From Rhodospirillaceae bacterium (GTDB lineage: Bacteria; Pseudomonadota; Alphaproteobacteria; Bin65), in contig JAPOST010000002.1 of the NCBI GenBank assembly GCA_026709535.1, positions 7,783 through 71,782 on the forward strand: DNA of 64,000 nt. Direction: 5' to 3'. Positions 22,612-32,784 of this stretch are shown here, in pieces (the stretch's first letter is position 1; each line of letters begins with the position of its first letter). Made by a program: the position numbers and the translations under genes. A model generated the notes under the pieces. It had not been told where the DNA came from. It made no database searches and worked only from the letters and a program-made list of their open reading frames with translations.

Positions 22612-23851
22612 TACGCAAGGCCGTCACCGGATCAAGGTGTGACGCCCGCCAAGCAGGATAGATCGTTGACAGGAACGTCAGGAGCAAGGCCATGATCACA
22701 ATCTGCCAGACTTCATGGAAATCGACTTTAGACGGCAGACGGGACAGGAAGTAGACTGTCGCCGGAAACAGTTCTTGTCCAAAGATCGATTCGATCCAGC
22801 GTTTGATCTGGTCGACATTATAGGAAATTCCCAGACCCAGAAGCACTCCGAAGATTGTTCCGACGACGCCAATAGCTGATCCCGTCATGAAAAACAGGCG
22901 CATGACGTTGCCGCGTGTCGCTCCCATGGTTCGGAGGATGGCGATCGCCTCTCCTTTTTCCTTCACCAGCATGATCATGCTTGAAATGATGTTAAAAGCT
23001 GCGACGATGATGATCAGCGTCAGAATCAGGAACATGACGTTCCGCTCGACCTGCAGGGCACCGAAAAAAGTCGAATGGATATCCTTCCAGGTACGAATCC
23101 GTACATACGGGATTTGCAACAGGGTAATCTTACGGGCGATATCCTCCACCTTGTCAGGGTTTTCGACCATGACCTTGATATTGGAGACGCCGTTTTTAAT
23201 CCTGAAGAACTCCTGAGCGGTTGCTAGCGGCATGAACAGGTAGGCTCGATCATATTCCGACATACCGATACTGAACTGGCCGGCGACGCCAAAGGACTTG
23301 ATTATCGGGACGCAACCTACAGGAGTCGCATCGCATGTTGGCGAGACCAACCTCACTATGTCCTTGACGTTGGCCCGAAGATGGACGGCCATGCGTTGTC
23401 CCAAGACCAACGTACCGTAATCGAAACGATCTATGGCACCGGGTGTCAGCTTGTCCTTTAGCAGCCAGTGATCCTGCAAATCCTCCATCTTCATGCCCCG
23501 CACGAAGGCGCCGGTGTTGCGACTACCTACCGTGGCCATGGCTTGGCCGTCGACGACAGCGACCGCGGTGACAACGCCACCGATCTGGCGAATCCTCGCA
23601 ACCATATCGTCATAATCACGGATGCGGCCATCCAGACCGTAGATCACCAAATGACTGTTGAAACCCAGCACGCGGGACAGCAACTCGGCCCGAAATCCGT
23701 TCATCACCGACATGACGATAATCAGAGTCGCCACCCCTATCGTGATACCCATGAAGGCAAAGGCGGCAATAACCGAAATGAAGCCTTCCTTGCGACGCGG
23801 ACGCAGGTAGCGGAATGCTACCATACGCTCCACGGGGGAGAATACAGCCAT
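22604..23851 (-). CDS. lolC: lipoprotein-releasing system permease LolC/LolE
   Basis: 415 aa with MacB/FtsX-type topology (TM1, large periplasmic loop, three C-terminal TM segments). It is coupled to lolD. Confidence 0.9.
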   Translation of the reverse strand: MAVFSPVERMVAFRYLRPRRKEGFISVIAAFAFMGITIGVATLIIVMSVMNGFRAELLSRVLGFNSHLVIYGLDGRIRDYDDMVARIRQIGGVVTAVAVVDGQAMATVGSRNTGAFVRGMKMEDLQDHWLLKDKLTPGAIDRFDYGTLVLGQRMAVHLRANVKDIVRLVSPTCDATPVGCVPIIKSFGVAGQFSIGMSEYDRAYLFMPLATAQEFFRIKNGVSNIKVMVENPDKVEDIARKITLLQIPYVRIRTWKDIHSTFFGALQVERNVMFLILTLIIIVAAFNIISSMIMLVKEKGEAIAILRTMGATRGNVMRLFFMTGSAIGVVGTIFGVLLGLGISYNVDQIKRWIESIFGQELFPATVYFLSRLPSKVDFHEVWQIVIMALLLTFLSTIYPAWRASHLDPVTALRNE

Positions 23852-23867
23852 GTTTCTCGACCGGTGG

Positions 23868-25193
23868 TTAACCTATCTGCTGGTCGATAAGACGGCTAAG
23901 GGCGGACTCAGGAGAAATTTCCACCCGTTCGCCGGTCTTTCGGTTCTTCAATTCCACCATACCAGTCCTGAGGCGACGGGGGCCGACGATGAGCTGCCAT
24001 GGCAAGCCGATCAGGTCCATTCGCGCGAATTTGGTCCCGGCGCTGTCGTCTTTATCATCATACAGGCAGCTGCGTCCGGCGGCCAGTAGCTTCCCGTAGA
24101 GCGACTCGCACGCTACCGCGCAGGCCTCGTCAGAAGCCTTCAGGTTGATCAGACCAACATCGAACGGCGCGACCGCTTCGGGCCAGACGATTCCGTCGTC
24201 GTCGTGGCTTGCTTCGATGATTCCCCCTACGAGACGTGACACCCCGATACCATAGCTACCCATTTCCACCGGCACTTCCTTACCGTCCGGCCCACTTACC
24301 ACTGCACCCATCGGTTCAGAATACTTGCTGCCGAAATAGAAGATATGGCCCACCTCGATACCCTTGGCTTCCACCAGATCTTCTGGAGCTACGGGACACG
24401 TATCCGGATCGTGCTTCTCGTCCGCAGCGGCGTAGAGGTCCGTCCAGTAATCGACGACGGATTGCAGGTCGCCATCATAGTCTACGCTTGTGGTAGAAAT
24501 GTCCAAGTCCAGCAGGTCTTTGTGGCAATATACGGCGCTTTCGCCTGTTTCCGCTAGAATGATGAATTCGTGGCTCAGATTGCCTCCGATTGGTCCCGTC
24601 TCAGCGCGCAGCGGAATCGCCTGCAATCCCATGCGAGCAAAGGTACGCAGGTAGGAAACAAACATCTGGTTGTAGGCATGGACGGCGGCGGCGTAGCCAA
24701 GCGCGAACGAATAGGCATCCTTCATATAAAATTCGCGGCCGCGCATCACACCAAAGCGGGGGCGTATTTCGTCCCTGAATTTCCACTGAATGTGGTAGAG
24801 ATTCATCGGCAAATCGCGATAGGATTGGATCGAGTATCGAAAAATGTCTGTGATGAGTTCCTCGTTGGTCGGCCCGTACAGCATTTCCCGCTTGTGACGA
24901 TCCTGTATGCGCAGCATCTCCTTACCATAGTCTTGATAGCGACCACTTTCGCGCCATAGGTCGGCTGACTGGATCGTCGGCATCAGCATCTCGACCGCGC
25001 CAGCCCGATCCTGCTCCTCTCGTACAATCTGTTCGATCTTTTTCAGCACCAGAAGCCCCAGCGGCAGCCAAGAATAGATTCCGGCGCTCGCCTGCCGCAC
25101 CATACCAGCACGCAACATGTAACGATGAGAGACGATCTGTGCGTCGGCAGGTGCATCTCTGAGGATTGGCAGGAAGAAGCGGGATAAGCGCAT
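23868..25193 (-). CDS. proS: proline--tRNA ligase
   Basis: Class II aaRS motifs ([17 protein letters not shown]). I chose ATG 25193 ([13 protein letters not shown]...), the canonical ProS N-terminus; the track's 29-aa extension was dropped. Confidence 0.95.
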   Translation of the reverse strand: MRLSRFFLPILRDAPADAQIVSHRYMLRAGMVRQASAGIYSWLPLGLLVLKKIEQIVREEQDRAGAVEMLMPTIQSADLWRESGRYQDYGKEMLRIQDRHKREMLYGPTNEELITDIFRYSIQSYRDLPMNLYHIQWKFRDEIRPRFGVMRGREFYMKDAYSFALGYAAAVHAYNQMFVSYLRTFARMGLQAIPLRAETGPIGGNLSHEFIILAETGESAVYCHKDLLDLDISTTSVDYDGDLQSVVDYWTDLYAAADEKHDPDTCPVAPEDLVEAKGIEVGHIFYFGSKYSEPMGAVVSGPDGKEVPVEMGSYGIGVSRLVGGIIEASHDDDGIVWPEAVAPFDVGLINLKASDEACAVACESLYGKLLAAGRSCLYDDKDDSAGTKFARMDLIGLPWQLIVGPRRLRTGMVELKNRKTGERVEISPESALSRLIDQQIG

Positions 25194-25803
25194 GGAAACT
25201 CTCAGGTGGCGCAACGACCCTGTCCGCTCACTTGGCAGAACTGACCTCAGGGTCTTGATCCTATTAGGACAACACTGCAATGCAGGCTTGCCACCAGTTG
25301 AACTCAGCCCAGGCGATGGTCCGCATCCTGGTTGGCAAAAATTGGCTTAAGATTTGTCAGACAAAGATAAAGTGGCAAGGCCATTCTTTTCTGTCTGGGA
25401 ACAATAATCAAGTCACAACTTCTCCTAGGAAACTGACAGGCTGTTCCTTCCGCCATATCAGCTTGCCCAAAGCGATTTCGCCACCGCGGTGCTCTTCACG
25501 ACTATCCGCTACCTTTTGCTGTCAATAATGTGTCACTACAGTCCACCAGTGTGGGTCTCTAGAAACCTTCTTGCCCCACCGATCATAGAACTTTGTCGCC
25601 ACCTATTTTAGGTTGCACAACAGTAGTGCTGATTTCACTAGGGTCAGAGTACCGCAAATGATTGAAAATGTTGGAATGCCACTTGGCGACGTTACCACTT
25701 TGAAAAGGGTTTCGTGAAACATTTTTGCTCTGGAATTTATCGCCGCAATGGTTCAGCGCGGGATCGACGATACAAACTAGCGCCTTTGTTTCGACCAGCG
25801 TAT

Positions 25804-26037
25804 TCAGGTCGCAAGGTAATTTTCGATGACCCACCAGATCGCTGCAGTAACAACCATTCCCAGAATTGTGGCCATAGCCGCCTTGCGCCACAAATAAGGC
25901 TGCACTGGCGCACCGGCATCGTGTCCGATATCGGGCGATTCTTCCCGACGTACTCCCCATGGTAACAACATGAAGAAGAACAACCACCAGATGATCGTGA
26001 AGACAACAATAGCGCCGAAGACTGTCAAGGACCGCAC
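25804..26037 (-). CDS. DUF1467 family small membrane protein
   Basis: 77 aa with two TM segments. The LLPWGVR...P motif and the position next to mce are typical for DUF1467. Confidence 0.75.
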   Translation of the reverse strand: MRSLTVFGAIVVFTIIWWLFFFMLLPWGVRREESPDIGHDAGAPVQPYLWRKAAMATILGMVVTAAIWWVIENYLAT

Positions 26038-26046
26038 GCCTCCAGC

Positions 26047-26451
26047 CTAGATCTGTTCAAGCTCCACGAGCGTTCCGCAGAAATCCTTGGGATGCAGGAA
26101 CAACACCGGCCTATCATGCGCACCGATTTGGGGCTCGCCGTCGCCAAGGACGCGGGCGCCTTCGGCCTTCAGACGATCTCGGGCCTCAATGATGTCGGTG
26201 ACCTCATAGCACACGTGATGCATCCCGCCAGAAGGGTTCTTGTCCAGGAAATTTTGGATCGGCGATCCGCTACCGAGTGGGTGAAGAAGCTCAATCTTCG
26301 TATTGTCCAATTCGACAAATACGGTTGTTACCCCGTGCTCCGGCATGTCCTTTGCCGCAGACACCCGGGCGCCCAAGGTTTCCCGGTAAATTGTAGCGGC
26401 TGCATCCAGGTCCGGGACGACGATGGCCACATGGTTCAATCTATCGATCAT
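26047..26451 (-). CDS. mce: methylmalonyl-CoA epimerase (VOC/glyoxalase fold)
   Basis: 134 aa. LNHVAIVVPDL...GGMHHVCYEV matches the epimerase family. Its start shares ATGA with the rnj stop. Confidence 0.9.
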   Translation of the reverse strand: MIDRLNHVAIVVPDLDAAATIYRETLGARVSAAKDMPEHGVTTVFVELDNTKIELLHPLGSGSPIQNFLDKNPSGGMHHVCYEVTDIIEARDRLKAEGARVLGDGEPQIGAHDRPVLFLHPKDFCGTLVELEQI

Positions 26452-28133
26452 GCTTCTGCACTTGTGATCAATTCAGGCGTAAGCCTAACAACGTGTACGT
26501 CGGTTATCGGTTTTTTCCCGGTTTCTTTCCGAATAACACGCCGTATAGCGCCGCGCGCGGCACGTTCAAGCACATTGTCGGCGCGCCGGGTATTTGGGGA
26601 CAATTCGTCAATTGCGTCCGTGATCGCGGTAGTGACGTTCTGATACAATGCATCATCCTTTTCGTCATCTTCTCCCCCCAATCCTGCCAGCGTGACGATC
26701 GCCTCATCCAGAAGATTACCGCTACAATCGACTATGACGGTTGCCATCACTGCACCGTTGAACATGAGGCGGCGGCGTTCGCGTACAACCGGGCCGTCGA
26801 TCGGCAAGAGGTTATCTCCTTCGACGGCAAGACGCCCGGCATGAACCGTTTCCACAACTTGAGCCGGGCCTGGTGCAAGACGGACCATGTCTCCATTCGT
26901 TGCCACCAATGCTTGCGGGACCTGACATCGCCGTGCAAGCCGGGCGTGTTCGTGAAGATGCAGCCGCTCGCCGTGAACTGGCACAGCAATTTGTGGTTGG
27001 ATCCACCTATACATGTCAATTAGTTCGTCACGCGCCGGATGACCGCTGACGTGAACGAAATGATCCGATTCTGTAACGATTTCAATGCCGCGATGCACTA
27101 ACATGTTCTGGAGACGACTGATCGCCAGTTCATTGCCCGGTATTTTGCGGGACGAGAAAATCACTGTGTCACCCTCGTTGAGGACAATCCTCGGATGAGT
27201 ATCCGAAGCAATGCGAGCTAGCGCGGCGCGCGACTCGCCTTGGCTGCCTGTGCAGGCGATTAGAACCTTGTCGCGTGGCAAATGCGATGCCTCTTCTTCA
27301 GTCAGGAATGACGGAATATTGCGCAGATAGCCGTTCTCACGAGCGACGTCATTCATTCGCCACAGGGATCGACCACACAGGGCCGCGTGTCTTCCGGTTG
27401 CTGTCGCGACTTCGGCAATCGTTTCAAGGCGAGCAACATTGGAAGCAAAAGCAGCAATGGCGACACGCCCCTGATACCTTGCGACAAGGGTCTTGAGGCT
27501 TTCTCGCACAGATGCTTCAGATCCCGAGCGACCAGCGTTAAAGATGTTTGTGGAATCGCCGATTAGCGCAAGGACTCCATCGTCGCCGATCCGTCGAATT
27601 GCGGCCTCATCGACGGCCTCGCCAATCAGGGGATCCGGATCCAGTTTCCAGTCACCAGTATGAAATACAGACCCAAGGGGCGTTCGGATGACCAAGGCAT
27701 TTGGCTCTGGAATCGAGTGGGTCAGGCGAACAAGTTCAATATTGAACGGACCTATGTCGAAAGGCATTCCCACATCGACGAGCGTGACCGAAACCTCCTC
27801 CTCGAGTCCAGCTTCGGACAATTTCCGGCGTAACACGGAAGCCGTGAAACCTGTCGCATATATGGGGCATTGCAGTCGTGGCCAAAGATAGACTACCGCA
27901 CCCAGATGGTCTTCGTGGGCGTGAGTCAGGACCAAACCATCCAGTTTGTCGCGTCGCTCGGCAATGAACCGAGGATCCGGGGTGACAACATCAATGCCTG
28001 GCGTCGATGAATTGCCAAAGGTGATACCAAGGTCAACCATCAACCAACGATCTCGAAATCCGAAGAGATTGAGGTTCATCCCGATCTCTCCGGCTCCACC
28101 CAGCGGTAGGAAAAGGAACTGATCCCTGCTCAT
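26448..28133 (-). CDS. rnj: ribonuclease J (metallo-beta-lactamase / beta-CASP)
   Basis: HAHEDHLGA motif and beta-CASP region. I chose ATG 28133 (MSRDQFLFLPLGGAGEIGMN); the track's 34-aa extension was dropped. Confidence 0.9.
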   Translation of the reverse strand: MSRDQFLFLPLGGAGEIGMNLNLFGFRDRWLMVDLGITFGNSSTPGIDVVTPDPRFIAERRDKLDGLVLTHAHEDHLGAVVYLWPRLQCPIYATGFTASVLRRKLSEAGLEEEVSVTLVDVGMPFDIGPFNIELVRLTHSIPEPNALVIRTPLGSVFHTGDWKLDPDPLIGEAVDEAAIRRIGDDGVLALIGDSTNIFNAGRSGSEASVRESLKTLVARYQGRVAIAAFASNVARLETIAEVATATGRHAALCGRSLWRMNDVARENGYLRNIPSFLTEEEASHLPRDKVLIACTGSQGESRAALARIASDTHPRIVLNEGDTVIFSSRKIPGNELAISRLQNMLVHRGIEIVTESDHFVHVSGHPARDELIDMYRWIQPQIAVPVHGERLHLHEHARLARRCQVPQALVATNGDMVRLAPGPAQVVETVHAGRLAVEGDNLLPIDGPVVRERRRLMFNGAVMATVIVDCSGNLLDEAIVTLAGLGGEDDEKDDALYQNVTTAITDAIDELSPNTRRADNVLERAARGAIRRVIRKETGKKPITDVHVVRLTPELITSAEA

Positions 28134-28158
28134 GCGTCCTGTCTCTGGCAACCAGCGA

Positions 28159-28932
28159 TCACGATGGCTGGTTACGCCGATAGATTTCAGCCAGACCGCG
28201 CAGCGTGATATCGCGATCCAGCATGTCAATTGCATCGGTAGCCGAATGAAACACTTCAGCCAAGCCGCCAGTGGCGATGACTTTCATCCGCTCGCCCCGC
28301 TCCTGCCGGATTCTTCCTATCAGACCTTCGATCAGACCGACATAGCCCCAATATATGCCGGACTGCATCGCTGGGACCGTCGCCGTACCAATCACTGATC
28401 CGGGCTTGCGCACATCAACTCGCGGCAATTGCGCCGCAGCTTGGTGGAGCGCCTCTACTGAATGACCGGCAGAGGGTGCGATAACGCCGCCGCAATAGTT
28501 GCCGTCGGCGTCCACGATATCGAAGGTCGTCGCTGTCCCAAAATCGATCACGATCAAGGGCCCGCCATAGGCCACATAAGCGCCAATTGTATTGACGACC
28601 CGATCGGCACCGGTTTCTTCCGGCGCCTGAGTCAGCAGCTTGATGCCGAGTACAAGATCGGCATCCCCCACCACCAAGGGGTGGATTCCGAAGTGATCCC
28701 GGCAGAGGGAGCGAAGATTGAAATCCGTGCTCGGAACAACATTAGCAATAATGGCTGCATCCACGGCATCGCGATCCAAACCCTTCATTTCGAAGAGTTG
28801 CATCATCCAGACAGCCAGTTCGTCGGCAGTCTTGTCGCTTTTGGTGGAACTGCGCCAGACGCCCCGCCAATTGGCGCCGTCGTGCACACCAAAGACAATG
28901 TTGGTATTGCCGGAATCGATGGCCAGTAACAT
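28159..28932 (-). CDS. coaX: type III pantothenate kinase
   Basis: MLLAIDSGNTNIVFGV N-terminus and ASKHA fold. The ATG overlaps the birA TGA by 1 nt; the track's 58-aa extension was dropped. Confidence 0.9.
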   Translation of the reverse strand: MLLAIDSGNTNIVFGVHDGANWRGVWRSSTKSDKTADELAVWMMQLFEMKGLDRDAVDAAIIANVVPSTDFNLRSLCRDHFGIHPLVVGDADLVLGIKLLTQAPEETGADRVVNTIGAYVAYGGPLIVIDFGTATTFDIVDADGNYCGGVIAPSAGHSVEALHQAAAQLPRVDVRKPGSVIGTATVPAMQSGIYWGYVGLIEGLIGRIRQERGERMKVIATGGLAEVFHSATDAIDMLDRDITLRGLAEIYRRNQPS

Positions 28933-29687
28933 CAGCGCGTCTCGGCGGGAAAAACCTCGCCATAGTGGATAGTTTCTTTTGCGCCGTCGACTCTCTGGAG
29001 GATGAGGGCACCCTCCGTGTCGAGGCCGACGAGCCGGCCGGTCACCGAGCGCCCTTGCAAAGCCACCGTGATGTCGGAGTCGATCGACCAAGCGCGATTG
29101 AGCCACGCCCGCCGAACTCGATCAAATCCCGCGTCCAGCCATGAATCCATCCATCCATGCAGACGGCATGTCAGGGCTTCGAAGACTTCATCCGCCACGA
29201 TGAATCGCTTGAAGGCAGCCTGGAGATTCGTAGCCGGCCAACGCACGTCGTGCGGATGGGAAGTCAGGTTGATTCCAATACCGATAACGATCCAGTCCAG
29301 AGTACCACCGGGAGATACAGATGATTCAGCCAGGATTCCACAAACTTTTTTACCATCCACCAGTACGTCGTTCGGCCATTTACAGGTAACCTGGACGACA
29401 TCGACAGCGAGTTCTTCTATGATCTCGGCTACCGAGACGGCAGCGATATAGCCAATCTGGGCTGCCGTCCGAACACGGGTTTCTGGCCGGAAGATATATG
29501 AAAGGTAGAGATTGCCGACTGACGACTCCCAACGACGACCATGCCGACCCCGCCCTGCTGTCTGGGAGTCTGATCGGACGATCGTACCATGAAGCGCACC
29601 CGCGACAGCGAGTGTCTTGGCTTCGTCGTTCGTGCTGCCAACAACGGTAAAGCGGTGAACAGTCTGTTGTGGTGTCGTGGAAGACAT
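28932..29687 (-). CDS. birA: biotin--[acetyl-CoA-carboxylase] ligase
   Basis: The GRGRHGRRWES motif is present. The start is uncertain (ATG 29687 or 29732). Upstream ORF-track residues overlap nuoN and were dropped. Confidence 0.85.
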   Translation of the reverse strand: MSSTTPQQTVHRFTVVGSTNDEAKTLAVAGALHGTIVRSDSQTAGRGRHGRRWESSVGNLYLSYIFRPETRVRTAAQIGYIAAVSVAEIIEELAVDVVQVTCKWPNDVLVDGKKVCGILAESSVSPGGTLDWIVIGIGINLTSHPHDVRWPATNLQAAFKRFIVADEVFEALTCRLHGWMDSWLDAGFDRVRRAWLNRAWSIDSDITVALQGRSVTGRLVGLDTEGALILQRVDGAKETIHYGEVFPAETR

Positions 29688-29739
29688 TGTTTGGTCGATT
29701 CTGGAGTCATCGACCTTGAGTGAACGGAGCATGGAACGC

Positions 29740-31185
29740 TTATCCGCTGGCCAGACTAAATACCGCTTTGTCAGCAGCTCCGACAAGCACTCCGGGAACC
29801 AAGAAGAACAGCAGAGTCGCCATACCGGCAACGAATTGCACCAGGCCAAGATCGCGACCGGGATGCGGGTCCAGCGCCTCTTCAGGCTCATCGAAATACA
29901 TCAATTTGACGATACGGATATAGTAATAGGCCCCCAACACACTTGCCAGCATGCCGATGACGGCGAGGAAGTAGAGACCGGCATCGACTGCCGCGAGAAA
30001 GACATAGAGTTTGGCGTAGAATCCGGCGAGCGGTGGAATTCCGGCCATTGAGAACATGAAGATCAGCATCATGGCAGCCATGACCGGGTTGTTTTTGGAC
30101 AAGCCAGTCAAATCGCTTATGTCTTCAACCATACTTCCGTTTCGCCGCATCGCGAGAATTACGGCGAACGTGCCAAGGGTCATGACGATGTAGATCGCCA
30201 TGTATACCAGAACGGCGCTGTAACCGTCCTTAGTGCCAGAGGCCAATCCGACCAAGGCATATCCCACATGGCCGATGGAACTGTAAGCCATCAGTCGCTT
30301 GATGTTGGTCTGGGCAATGGCGGCAAAAGCGCCAAGCACCATTGAGGTCACCGAGACGACAATGACGACCTGAGACCACTGCGCCGCAAGTCCGCCGAAC
30401 GGCCCCACCAAGACGCTCATGAAAAGGCCCATCGCGGCAAGCTTCGGCGCCGCCGCGAAGAAAGCCGTCACCGGAGTTGGCGCGCCTTCATAGACATCCG
30501 GAGTCCACATATGGAACGGAACTGCTGAGATCTTGAAGGCCAGGCCGACGATCACGAATACCAAGCCGACAATCAGGCCGACAGACGGCGTCGCGCCCTC
30601 TGCCAAGAAGGCGGCAAGGTTGGTGAAATTTGTGGATCCGCTGAATCCATAGACCATTGAGGCACCGTAAAGGAGCATGCCGGAGGCGAGCGCGCCAAGG
30701 ACAAAATATTTCAGTCCCGCTTCGCTTGATTTGAGAGAATCGCGCCGAATGGCGGCGACGACATAGAGCGCCAAGCTCTGCAGTTCGAGCCCTACGTACA
30801 GCGATAACAGGTCGTTCGCCGACACCATTACCATCATGCCCAAAGCAGCAAGGACAATCAGAACAGGGTATTCAAATCGGTCAATGGCTTCTCGCTCATT
30901 GTAGCCAACCGACATCATGATTCCGACAGCCGCCGCCAGCAGGACGCCAACCTTCAGGAAGGTCGTAAAGCTGCTGCTGACAAACAGGTTGGCAAATTCG
31001 TATTTCGTCTCCGCAGGCGTGATCAATGCGGTGATAACGGCGGCAACGATCAGTACGGCCATCGAAAGCCAAGCGACCGGACGTGACGATCCTTCACCGC
31101 GGAAGACACCAATCATCAACAGAACCATCGAGGCGATCGCGACGAAAATTTCTGGCGCAGCATACTCGAGATTGGGCAGGTCCAT
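29740..31185 (-). CDS. nuoN: NADH-quinone oxidoreductase subunit N
   Basis: 481-aa antiporter-like polytopic protein, last in the nuo gene order. Confidence 0.95.
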   Translation of the reverse strand: MDLPNLEYAAPEIFVAIASMVLLMIGVFRGEGSSRPVAWLSMAVLIVAAVITALITPAETKYEFANLFVSSSFTTFLKVGVLLAAAVGIMMSVGYNEREAIDRFEYPVLIVLAALGMMVMVSANDLLSLYVGLELQSLALYVVAAIRRDSLKSSEAGLKYFVLGALASGMLLYGASMVYGFSGSTNFTNLAAFLAEGATPSVGLIVGLVFVIVGLAFKISAVPFHMWTPDVYEGAPTPVTAFFAAAPKLAAMGLFMSVLVGPFGGLAAQWSQVVIVVSVTSMVLGAFAAIAQTNIKRLMAYSSIGHVGYALVGLASGTKDGYSAVLVYMAIYIVMTLGTFAVILAMRRNGSMVEDISDLTGLSKNNPVMAAMMLIFMFSMAGIPPLAGFYAKLYVFLAAVDAGLYFLAVIGMLASVLGAYYYIRIVKLMYFDEPEEALDPHPGRDLGLVQFVAGMATLLFFLVPGVLVGAADKAVFSLASG

Positions 31186-31200
31186 GGCGTGTCGCCCTGG

Positions 31201-32781
31201 CTATCGCGTCGAAAAACAAGTTTCGTTGACTTGGCAGGCGCCAGCCTTGAAGCTTGTTAGCAGATTGTTGACGGACGCATCGAAGACATCTAGGAACGGC
31301 GTCGGCCAGATGCCCAGCCACAGAACCAGAATGATCAAAGGCGTGAAGATTGCGATCTCACGCGGGTTGAGATCCTTCAGCATGGCCAAGTCCGGCTTGA
31401 GCAGATCGCCGAAAATCACGCGACGATACAGCCAGAGCATGTAGGTCGCACCCAGTATGATGCCGGTTGTCGCAAATGCCGCCGCCCAGACATTGACCTG
31501 AAACACGCCGAAGAGCACCAAGAATTCGCCGATAAAACCGCTCGTCCCAGGCAAACCAATAGAAGCCAGCATGAAGACCATGAATACCGCCGCATATTTG
31601 GGCATTCGGTTCACGAGCCCGCCATAACGATTGATCTGCCTGGAATGGAGACGATCATAAACAACCCCGACACACAGGAAGAGTGCGGCTGAAACAATCC
31701 CGTGCGACAACATTTGGAAGATCGCGCCAGTCACAGCCTGCTCGCCAAGCAACTTGCCACCGTTGATCTGCGACGTCGCGGCGAAGATGCCGAGCGTGAC
31801 GTAACCCATGTGGGCAACGGATGAGTAGGCGATCAGCTTCTTCATGTCATCCTGTGCCAGGGCAACAAGGGAAGTGTAAATGATCGCGACGATGCTGAGT
31901 GCGTAAACCAGCGGCGTGAAGTAGACTGACGCATCGGGAAACATCGGCAGCGAGAAACGAAGGAGACCGTAACCACCCATCTTTAGCAGCACGCCCGCCA
32001 GAATCACCGAGCCAGCCGTTGGCGCTTCAACGTGGGCATCGGGCAACCACGTGTGAACCGGCCACATCGGAACCTTTACCGCAAACGAGGCGAAGAACGC
32101 CAGCCACAGCCACCTCTGCGCTTCAGGGCTAAAGCCGGTTTCCCGGGCGAATTTAAGCAGTTCGACAATATCGGTCGTACCCTGCCCCCCCGTTTTGCTG
32201 AGAAAATACATTGCCATCACGGCAACCAGCATCAGTACGGAACCCAATAGTGTGTAAAGAAAGAACTTGAATGCCGAATAAACGCGCCGTTCGCCGCCCC
32301 AGACGCCGATGATCAGGAACATCGGCAGCAGCACGCCTTCGAAGAAGATGTAGAACGTGACCAGATCCAGCGCGCAGAAAGTGCCGACCATGAAGGTTTC
32401 GAGCACAAGGAAAGCAACCATATACTCCCGGACGCGTTTCTTCATTTCCCAACTGCACAGGATGCAGATGGGCGTCAGCAGAGTCGAGAGAAGGACGAAC
32501 ATCATGGAAATGCCGTCGACTCCCATATGATAGTTCAGCGTATATCTGCCCGGGAACTTGAGCCACGCGGTCTTCTCGACGAACTGGAAGTTCGATGTCC
32601 CGGTGTCGAAGTTGATCCAGATCAGCAGCGAGATGACGAAGGTCGCCAGCGAAGCCCATAAGGCCAGCCAACGAGCATTCCGGTCTGTCGCTTCCTTATC
32701 GCCACGCACCAAGACAAGGATCAACACCGCCCCAAGAAGCGGCGTAAAGGTAACGACGCTGAGAAGCGGCCAGGTCTCCAT
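31201..32781 (-). CDS. nuoM: NADH-quinone oxidoreductase subunit M
   Basis: 526-aa antiporter-like subunit with a [15 protein letters not shown] motif. Confidence 0.95.
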   Translation of the reverse strand: METWPLLSVVTFTPLLGAVLILVLVRGDKEATDRNARWLALWASLATFVISLLIWINFDTGTSNFQFVEKTAWLKFPGRYTLNYHMGVDGISMMFVLLSTLLTPICILCSWEMKKRVREYMVAFLVLETFMVGTFCALDLVTFYIFFEGVLLPMFLIIGVWGGERRVYSAFKFFLYTLLGSVLMLVAVMAMYFLSKTGGQGTTDIVELLKFARETGFSPEAQRWLWLAFFASFAVKVPMWPVHTWLPDAHVEAPTAGSVILAGVLLKMGGYGLLRFSLPMFPDASVYFTPLVYALSIVAIIYTSLVALAQDDMKKLIAYSSVAHMGYVTLGIFAATSQINGGKLLGEQAVTGAIFQMLSHGIVSAALFLCVGVVYDRLHSRQINRYGGLVNRMPKYAAVFMVFMLASIGLPGTSGFIGEFLVLFGVFQVNVWAAAFATTGIILGATYMLWLYRRVIFGDLLKPDLAMLKDLNPREIAIFTPLIILVLWLGIWPTPFLDVFDASVNNLLTSFKAGACQVNETCFSTR

Positions 32782-32784
32782 CCA

